Shown here: one piece after another, positions 16,280-23,658 of the stretch
Layout: each line of letters starts with the position of its first letter
Position numbering within the stretch: position 1 is the stretch's first letter
Origin: Oligoflexia bacterium
GTDB lineage: Bacteria > Bdellovibrionota > UBA1018
Assembly: GCA_036824885.1 (NCBI GenBank)
Contig: DAISZI010000001.1
Coordinates: 1 to 25,392, forward strand
Direction of reading: 5' to 3'
DNA: 25,392 nt
The notes under the pieces: generated by a model
Told to the model about the DNA's origin: nothing
The model's database searches: none
The model's input: the letters and a program-made list of their open reading frames with translations, nothing else
Translations under genes and position numbers: made by a program

Positions 16280-17400
16280 TGATGGTTCGAAGTTAGCTGT
16301 GAAGTACGTCATCAACTCGTGAATTTTCTTGGGCTCTCAGAGTATAAGTCATGGTGTACTGAAGTTCAAGTGACAGTTTTTGGAATAGACTTTGAAATTT
16401 CAAAACGCGTTTAGTGAGGATGAGGAATTGGTGGGGTCTGCGCAACGAGCGGTTTACTAATACAAAGGTGTCTTGTAGCTCTCTGTATTGCCTTATCAGC
16501 ATTATGATGTCACATGTTAAATCTGGACATTCGTTCGAATCTTCATCGTGCGCATTAGCTGGTAGAATTCCAGTTCCGGCCCTGAAAGGAGGGAAGAGCA
16601 AAATCAAGGGTGCTCAAAGAAATCAAGCTGAACGAGGAAGGCATAACGGTTTGAGAGATGAGGGATCTGAAGAAAGATGAAGTTTGTGGCCCAAACCAAA
16701 GTGAATATCTGTAAGGCAGGCCTCTGGGGTTCGGTGATGATGAAGGATCACAGTGCTTTCCGCAACAGAGTCAAATAAGTAGGTAAACAAATTTTTGTAC
16801 TTATCTGCAGAAGAGCTGTTATGCTCGAGACAACGTAATTACGATGCATGATCTCTGAGTGAACCAGAGATGGGGAAGTCGGGAGCAAGAGCTTTCTCAT
16901 GAAATCGTAGTAGTTGTAAAGCCAGGAGCCGATGAGGATACGCTGACGTATCTGATGACTGTTTAACAAGAGAGCCTTAGGAAAGGCAAAGATTGAAATG
17001 AGCAAATAGCTATTTGAGAGGGAATGAGTCCTTTTGAGAGAATTTACTCAATCTGTGAACTTGAATACCCTTGAGGGTAGTGAAATGGTGGAGCTCCAAG
17101 AATAGATGGAATTTGAGCGTTTTAAGAGCATGTCTTTGAGGAAATAATCCAAACTAAAATGTGGAGAGTTACAGTTAATAAATCATTCTAAGGTAGAAAT
17201 AGTGAAGGAGGTGGTGTTCGAGCGTTGGCTATTTCTACGGTCAGAGGTTCTTCAGGCTGAAAGCACTAGAACCGATTTTTGAGGCTTGAGTTTTCTAAAT
17301 ACAGCTATGGATCCAGGAAGAAATCAACGACAAGCCTTACCTTAAGTGCGCTTTTCATGTGTGATGGTTGTTTGCCCGTCAAATCAGTATTATTGTAGCG
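16280..17400. pseudogene. Coding-like but stop-riddled segment; probable decayed gene(s), family and strand unresolved
   Basis: Visibly less AT-rich than its flanks, with protein-like stretches broken by stops on both strands. Examples: plus strand WGSREQELSHEIVVVVKPGADEDTLTYLMTV*; minus-strand ORF 16293-16607. Confidence 0.3.
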
Positions 17401-17503
17401 GTCACAATTTTATCAAGAAAAGTGTTAGAGGCACTATACGCCATCGGAAGCTCATCACTATCTTGCAAGTGAGTTTTTTATGCTTTAGTCTTTGATTATG
17501 TGC

Positions 17504-18140
17504 CTAACAAAATAAAGGATTATCTAATGGTTTTATAGGAACATCTAAGATCAGTCCATCATGCGCATTTTTGATCATATAGAAAAAACCGTCCTCGCTG
17601 CTGATCATATCTTGTAAAACACAGATCATCCGATCGTGAAGTTCCTTGAGGCCCTCCTCATCGTTTTATTTGTAATCAAAAGGTGCGAACCTATAAAAAG
17701 ATATAAGTAAATGCTAAAAGTATTGCTACACCATCATTAGTAATAGTGTATTTGACTTTAACGATTTTTTTGTCAATACTTCCGTTCAAGGAAGTATTTC
17801 CTTCTTCCAGCTCATTTTGGATCATCTTTTCTAAAGCAATATCCTCCCAATTCAGATCATTAGCAAACGACCAATCATACCCTCGGATTGTGGCTTGGAG
17901 TTTCCGCAACCTAAAATATCAGCTACCAAATTACGGCCATTAATCATGCAACACATCTCGCATCAACTCAGAGATATGCTACAGTCTACGAACCCCTTTT
18001 TTATCAGACTGATGTTTGTCGAGCGTAACACAAGACAGCTTTTCTTTCTAGAGCTTTCTCGTCTGAAGACCGAAGCCTCGAGGGAATCAGTTCAGTGTCG
18101 TTGCATCGACTTCCCTTCATTCTCGCTTCTGAAGATCTGA
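17504..18140 (-). pseudogene. Probable pseudogene of an unknown protein
   Basis: ORF 17909-17691 (YDWSFANDLNWEDIALEKMIQNELEEG...) has no good start. A shifted frame continues ISFYRFAPFDYK*NDEEGLKELHDRMICVLQDMISSEDGFFYMIKNAHDGLILDVPIKPLDNPLFC* to 17504. Confidence 0.35.
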
Positions 18141-18330
18141 CCTTGAGTTGATGTTATCCTTGTCTTACGAAGCTCTCTGCGCACACTTTCTGAGGTTTAT
18201 TGGATAGATCTTGTTTGAAAATTTATTCTCATGAGTTATTATTTTTGTAATTACGAAAGAGAAAATGACTTTAAATTTTTCGATTGTCTGATTGCCTAGA
18301 GCAGGGGAATTTCTCATAGGTTTTTGTTAT

Positions 18331-18350
18331 TTTTTTAGTTGACTAAAAAA
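18331..18350. promoter_or_regulatory. Palindrome TTTTTTAGT-TG-ACTAAAAAA upstream of the 363-aa gene
   Basis: Perfect 9-bp arms with a 2-nt centre, about 125 nt upstream of ATG 18474. Confidence 0.4.
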
Positions 18351-18473
18351 TAGACATTGATTCATGAATAAAAAATTCTTATGTAAATGCAAGGCATTAT
18401 CTCTTGTCAATAGTGAAAAATAAAAACGCCTATTGGCTATTTCATGAGCATAGAAATTGCATAAATCATTATT

Positions 18474-19565
18474 ATGAAAAGTTTTTTTTTGGCTCTCTTG
18501 ATTCTTTTATCTTTGAAGCCTTATTCCGTGACTGCTGATTTTAGATCATTTTTTGAAGCGCCTTTGAGTCATATAAGTTCTTATTTTTCCCAAGGAAAAG
18601 AAGACGAAAAATACTTGAAAATTCAAGAAAAAATGAATGAACGGTTTAACGAGATAGGTGATGAGATAAAGAGCTATGAAGCAATCGTGAGAGCACTAGA
18701 AACGAATCATAAACAGAAAGAAAGTTTCAGAAAAATACATTTTGGTGAAAAAATCCATCAGGATGAATTGGAAAAGGAATTAGAAGCTTTAGAGAAAGAA
18801 GGCTTTCGGGATAAATCTAGCATGATAAAAAGCAATGAAGAAAAGATCGTAGAAGCTTTAAGTGTCGAATTTCCTGATATTGATAAATCCAAAGTTCAGC
18901 AATTATTTGAGTATGCCGTGAAAGAAGTAGAAATGAATGATTGCATTATTTTAAATAAAATTCCAGAAGGATTGATCACTCAATTAAAAAAGGAGTTTCC
19001 TGCATTTTCAAAACAAGAATGGTCTTCATTGCAAGAAGAAACATGGAGTGATGAAGTACGCGTGATTCAAGATGATGTATCCAAGGTAGTAAATGCGTTA
19101 AATCAAGCATATCCTCAGATTCATGTTGATCAAATAAAAAAACTCTATAACCATAGCCTGGCAGAGATGGAAAACAAACGTTTTATCATGAAAAATGAAA
19201 TACCAGAAACCCTCAGGAGTGCTTTAAGAAAAAAAATAGACTCTGTCACAAAGGGTCCTCTTTTTATGGTATTTGATAAAATGAAATCAAAGGTAGTATC
19301 TACGAGCAAAACTAGAAAACTCTATCAATTATTGCTTTCTGAAAAGCTTTGTGATTTACGCATAGGACTTCTCACTCTTCAAAAAATGCAAAAACAATCA
19401 GACTATGAGCAAAACATCGAAGAACAATCCGCAATAGCTGATTTAAAATCAGGTACTCAGACTAGGTCTTTGGAGGCAATCGAGGCATCTTTGAAAGGCA
19501 TCGATTTTTCTGAAGAGGAATGGGCCTTGATCAAACATCGAGTTGCGGAACGATCATCCCATTGA
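18474..19565 (+). CDS. Secreted alpha-helical hypothetical protein with an internal ~52-aa repeat
   Basis: Sec-type signal MKSFFLALLILLSLKPYSVTA, an E/K-rich coiled-coil-like body, and 363 open codons. Confidence 0.85.
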   Translation: MKSFFLALLILLSLKPYSVTADFRSFFEAPLSHISSYFSQGKEDEKYLKIQEKMNERFNEIGDEIKSYEAIVRALETNHKQKESFRKIHFGEKIHQDELEKELEALEKEGFRDKSSMIKSNEEKIVEALSVEFPDIDKSKVQQLFEYAVKEVEMNDCIILNKIPEGLITQLKKEFPAFSKQEWSSLQEETWSDEVRVIQDDVSKVVNALNQAYPQIHVDQIKKLYNHSLAEMENKRFIMKNEIPETLRSALRKKIDSVTKGPLFMVFDKMKSKVVSTSKTRKLYQLLLSEKLCDLRIGLLTLQKMQKQSDYEQNIEEQSAIADLKSGTQTRSLEAIEASLKGIDFSEEEWALIKHRVAERSSH

Positions 19566-19585
19566 ATTTGTAGTATTTTTCAGAC

Positions 19586-20557
19586 CTACTTGTGCGTGGT
19601 TCTTTTATGAATGAAGGCAAGTTGCTTTTGTTTTTCGATCCAAAGTGCAATCTGATGTTTGTATTCTTGGGTCGTAAGTTCGTTACGGATCTCATCTTTG
19701 ATCTGGTGTAATCGGTGTGATTCATGGGAGTTGATGTTCACGAGTTTTAAAATGTAAAAACGACCTTGTGAACGAGATTCAATGATAGGACTTATTGCAC
19801 CTATTTTTAATTTTTTGATATTTTCTAAGTACTCAGAGGATATTTCGGTTTCATCCAGATCTCCTAAATCGCCTCCTGATGAGGAAGTAGGATCGTCACT
19901 CATGCGTTTGGCTATTTCTTCAAAAGGCTCACCTTTTTTCAGTTCTTCTTGTGCTTTTAAGATATTTTTTTGAGCTAAGAAATGAGCACGGTGCTTGGGT
20001 TGAAAACTTGCATCAGAAACTGAAATAATCTGCAGATGAAAGACTTGAGGTACTTTTCCGCTCGCACGATGGTGGTAAAAATAGTTTTTAATGTCATTTT
20101 CAGAAACACTTACTTTCGTACGAATCTCTCGGTCAATGAGTTCCCGTTTGCTTGCTGAATTCCTCATGATTTCAAAGTAATCATGATAATAATAACCTTC
20201 CTGATGAAGGGCTTTTTTGAGCTCCTCTTGATTTAAACGAGTGTGTGTAAGCATCGCGTTAATTTCTTTCTCGACTTCGTCATTCGTTTTTGAAAATTGC
20301 TGGGTAATGATTTTTTCTTCAATGAGAAAGTCGACAATTTCAGCTTCTGAAGCTGTTGCTCCTTTTTTTGCTAACGAGGTACCTGAGAATAGTGGATCCA
20401 ATTGCACTCTTAATCCCACGGTTTCTTGAAATTTTTTGACATCAGAGCGCAAAATGACTGAAGCGTTGACCGAAGCCTCCATCCGATCGATGACTTGAAA
20501 GGTGCCACTATAAGCGATGGTGCCCCAAAGAAAGAAGAAGAATCGAGCGCTAATCAT
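19586..20557 (-). CDS. surA: SurA-like periplasmic chaperone / peptidyl-prolyl isomerase
   Basis: Signal peptide, SurA N-domain motif VIDRMEASVNASVILRSDV, and parvulin motif PFEEIAKRMSDDPTSSSGGDLG. Confidence 0.85.
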   Translation of the reverse strand: MISARFFFFLWGTIAYSGTFQVIDRMEASVNASVILRSDVKKFQETVGLRVQLDPLFSGTSLAKKGATASEAEIVDFLIEEKIITQQFSKTNDEVEKEINAMLTHTRLNQEELKKALHQEGYYYHDYFEIMRNSASKRELIDREIRTKVSVSENDIKNYFYHHRASGKVPQVFHLQIISVSDASFQPKHRAHFLAQKNILKAQEELKKGEPFEEIAKRMSDDPTSSSGGDLGDLDETEISSEYLENIKKLKIGAISPIIESRSQGRFYILKLVNINSHESHRLHQIKDEIRNELTTQEYKHQIALWIEKQKQLAFIHKRTTHK

Positions 20558-21392
20558 GAATGAGTTCCGAATGGATCGTGATTTTTGCTTTTTTCTTCAG
20601 TTTCTCAAGTAGAGCATTGAGGTCTTTCTGGAAGAGGCTTTTTCTTTTTTCTTCAGTCAGTACCTGCTTGAAGGTTGCCTTATCAATTTGTGACCATTTG
20701 CGCGTTGCGTTGCGTTGAATGATGTAATAGCCAAGCTTGCCTTGGAGGATGCCGCTTGGTTTTCCTTCAGAAAGCTTTAACGCGGCATCGTAGTAAGTCG
20801 GTTCAAACGCTTCCAGCTGTGCTCGAGACTGATAATCCAACTCACCTGCTTGGATGGAATTAGCGGCTTCAGAGAAATTGCGTGCTACTTCATCAAAAGG
20901 CATTTTTGACTTCAATTTTTCTTCTACCCTTTGGATTCTCGCATAGGCCTTGTCTCGCTCTGCTTGTGTTGCTTCAGGAGAAGCGGCTACGAAAATATAA
21001 CTTGTTTTTATGTAAGGATTTTTTTTGTAATGCTCCTCAAGCTGCTTATCGCTTAAGTTGACCTTGGTATCACGTAAAGTTTTTTCTATTAAAGATTGAT
21101 ATAAAAGACCGTCCACGCGGTATTGAAATTCTGGAGTTTTTTCTAAATGAAGTCGCTTGGCCTCTTGAAGTCCTAGTTCGCGCTGAATGAGGTTATCTAA
21201 GACTTGATTTTTAGTAGGAGGATTAAGTGGAGAAATTGCAACCATCCCTTGATAAGCTCGATCGAGCTCTTCCAACGTGATTGATGTCTGATTGACACGT
21301 GCTACCTCGGCTGCTCCACTCAAACGTGTGAGAAAAACTAAATGAAAGGAAATTAACGCTAAGTATTTTCTATTTCGAGCTTTTTTTCTCAT
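20550..21392 (-). CDS. Parvulin/PpiC-type peptidyl-prolyl isomerase family periplasmic chaperone
   Basis: Signal peptide, EVARVNQTSITLEEL, VLDNLIQRELGLQEAKRLHL, PFDEVARNFSE, and C-terminal LEKLKKKAKITI. Overlaps the downstream surA-like gene by 8 nt. Confidence 0.85.
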   Translation of the reverse strand: MRKKARNRKYLALISFHLVFLTRLSGAAEVARVNQTSITLEELDRAYQGMVAISPLNPPTKNQVLDNLIQRELGLQEAKRLHLEKTPEFQYRVDGLLYQSLIEKTLRDTKVNLSDKQLEEHYKKNPYIKTSYIFVAASPEATQAERDKAYARIQRVEEKLKSKMPFDEVARNFSEAANSIQAGELDYQSRAQLEAFEPTYYDAALKLSEGKPSGILQGKLGYYIIQRNATRKWSQIDKATFKQVLTEEKRKSLFQKDLNALLEKLKKKAKITIHSELIHD

Positions 21393-21539
21393 GATACCTC
21401 TTTCTTCAATGACCTGAAGCCACTATACACAACGCCTGATGTTCTTGCTAGAGCAAAGGTCCTCTTCTTCAGTCTAAAACTTCATGCATTGATCTTTCAA
21501 GAAGAACGTTGTAGGGTTGAGTTTGAGTATTTTTTGACG

Positions 21540-22322
21540 ATGGGTGTTTGTAGCATTTTTTTCTTGAAGAGACAGAGGCGCAAGAGTCAAAAATGGTTAT
21601 TGGGATTTTTTTTGATTCCATCATGGGTAGAAGGCTCTTCCTCCTGTAGTTATGAAGAGCCTTCTGTATCAGTTCATCCTGCTCAGGTAGGGCTAGAAGC
21701 TGGTTATCAGGCTTCGGAAGGGAGTTCTACTTTTCGAATGATTGATACCAATTTTTTTTTAAAAAAAGAACACGGTCTTCACGTTTTTGAAGAAGATTTA
21801 GTTTATCAGTACATAAAAACCAATCACAGGAGCGTTACTGCGAATCGACTTTTTTTAAAATCAGATTACTCAAGGTACCTGAGCTCAAAATTTTGGATCT
21901 TTGGCCTTTTCAGTTATGAGCATGCTCCTTTGAAGGGTTTAGTTGCGGATGCCCATGTGGGCGCGGGCATCAAAAGAGATTTTTTAAGAAATCGCGTTTG
22001 GAAAAGTAATTTTGGTCTTGCTTTTTTAAAACGTGATGAATGGAGCACAAACTTAAGTTATCGAGATGATTTGGTCCTTTCTTTTCGTTTCCTTCTATCA
22101 ATACATTGGAAAATAGCTGAATTTGGCTGGACTCAGTACTATCGGCAATCGCTGAAAGGCTATCGAGAAGGTGTTTTGACTGATTTTTTTTTCATTTTCC
22201 ATCCAGAAGATGCGTTAAGTGTCAAAATAGGTTATAGTTACAGCTATTATGCGAATCCCTTTAATCGGTCTGCACCGGCTGTGGATACTATGGAATATGT
22301 TCGAATTGTCTATAAAAATTAA
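21540..22322 (+). CDS. DUF481-like outer-membrane beta-barrel protein
   Basis: Signal-like segment, then alternating beta-strand patterns (YSRYLSSKFWIFGLFSYEHAPLKGL, HVGAGIKRDF, LSVKIGYSYSYYANP, DTMEYVRIVYKN). ATG 21540 is preferred over the TTG at 21489. Confidence 0.7.
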   Translation: MGVCSIFFLKRQRRKSQKWLLGFFLIPSWVEGSSSCSYEEPSVSVHPAQVGLEAGYQASEGSSTFRMIDTNFFLKKEHGLHVFEEDLVYQYIKTNHRSVTANRLFLKSDYSRYLSSKFWIFGLFSYEHAPLKGLVADAHVGAGIKRDFLRNRVWKSNFGLAFLKRDEWSTNLSYRDDLVLSFRFLLSIHWKIAEFGWTQYYRQSLKGYREGVLTDFFFIFHPEDALSVKIGYSYSYYANPFNRSAPAVDTMEYVRIVYKN

Positions 22323-22357
22323 CGTTTGAAATTTTTTCATCTTACCTTTACGATAGA

Positions 22358-23650
22358 ATGCTGATGTTGTCTCGGTGCGTTATAGTCCTGATTTTTTATA
22401 TTTTTTTTATCTATCCGCTGTATGCGGAAGTAGAAAAAAAGGGTGGCAAGACCTTGGTGCAAGCTTATGAGGCGGCTTTAAAACAAAGTGAATCTGTTGA
22501 GATACAAAATGAACTTTTGATTCAGTCTCAAGAAGGAGAAGCGCAAGAAGTCGGTTCTCTGGCTCCTTCGATTAGCGGGTCCTATGCATTTTTAAGACAA
22601 CCCTTGCCGAAAAGTAATACCGGAGCCTCGATTTATCCTCAGCAACAAATTACCTCGTTAGTTACACTTCAGCAGCCTCTTTTTCGAGGGTTCAGAGAAT
22701 TTGCTGCTTTGAGACAAAAAAAACACCAGGTCTATGCTCAGCAGCAAGCCCTTGTAGGAGCAGCACGGCAGCTTTTTTATGATGTAGCTAGTGCTTACTA
22801 TAATGTCCTTGCACTTCAAAGCGATGTCTCTAATTATACTAAGCAGATTAAGATTGATGAAAAGCAGTTAGAAGAGCAAAAAAAGTTTTATAAAATTGGA
22901 CGCTCTAAGGTGACGGATGTTTATGCGTTTTCTGCGCAGGTCACTTCTCTTCAGGTGCAATTAGAAGCAAGTCTTGGTCTTTTAGAAACAGCGAAAGACG
23001 TCCTTGCTTATTATACTGGATGGGATCGCGATTTTCTTCTGGAAGATGGTGAGCAAAATTGGTCGTTGCAAAAAAATATTGCTGATTATTTGAGTAAAAT
23101 TGATTTCCGAGATGATATTCAGCTTGCAAAAAAAAATATGCTTGCGAGTGAAGAAGGTATTGCTGTCAGTTTTGGGCAGCATTACCCTTCGATGGATTTT
23201 TATGCTAATTATTATATTCAGAGACCTGGGGTTTTAGAGACGGTTCATTGGGATATGCGTTTTGTTTTGACTTTGCCGATTTTTCAAGGAGGAGTCATTC
23301 AGTCCCAAGTGAGACAAGCTCATTCGATCCATCGTCAGTCTGAGTTGTTGTTTTCACAAGCACGTAAGCTTGCTGAAAAAGAAATCCGTTCTTTTTATGA
23401 TGCTTTTTGTTCAGATTTAGAGGCAATTACTAGGCTTAAGGAACTGGTAAGAGTGACAGGCCTTAATGAAAAAGCAGCTTTGCAGTATTTTCGGCATGGA
23501 TTATTGACGGTAGTAGATTTTCTTGCTGCTTCAAGTAGTCATCAAGATGCTCAAAGGCAATTAGGCAATAAAATTTTTGTGACTAAGTCAGATGCTGCCA
23601 AATTTCAAGCAGCCATCGGTGAGAGAAAAGAAATTAAAATTTCACCTTAA
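22358..23650 (+). CDS. TolC family outer-membrane efflux protein
   Basis: Signal peptide and two OEP repeats: TLVQAYEAALKQSE, LQQPLFRGF, VASAYYNVL, YPSMDF, LTLPIFQGG. Confidence 0.92.
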   Translation: MLMLSRCVIVLIFYIFFIYPLYAEVEKKGGKTLVQAYEAALKQSESVEIQNELLIQSQEGEAQEVGSLAPSISGSYAFLRQPLPKSNTGASIYPQQQITSLVTLQQPLFRGFREFAALRQKKHQVYAQQQALVGAARQLFYDVASAYYNVLALQSDVSNYTKQIKIDEKQLEEQKKFYKIGRSKVTDVYAFSAQVTSLQVQLEASLGLLETAKDVLAYYTGWDRDFLLEDGEQNWSLQKNIADYLSKIDFRDDIQLAKKNMLASEEGIAVSFGQHYPSMDFYANYYIQRPGVLETVHWDMRFVLTLPIFQGGVIQSQVRQAHSIHRQSELLFSQARKLAEKEIRSFYDAFCSDLEAITRLKELVRVTGLNEKAALQYFRHGLLTVVDFLAASSSHQDAQRQLGNKIFVTKSDAAKFQAAIGERKEIKISP

Positions 23651-23658
23651 GAAACTAT

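Noticed and set aside
16293..17400. Transposase or group II intron reverse transcriptase assignment
   Set aside because: No DDE spacing, YADD motif or terminal inverted repeats found by eye.
17572..17610. TGATCATAT direct repeat with 30-nt period as CRISPR or iteron
   Set aside because: Only two 9-nt copies, explained by repeated Met-Ile codons in the minus-strand gene relic.
17746..18140. Plus-strand ORFs 17746-17943 and 17895-18140
   Set aside because: Antisense to the minus-strand relic, non-ATG starts, and no motifs.
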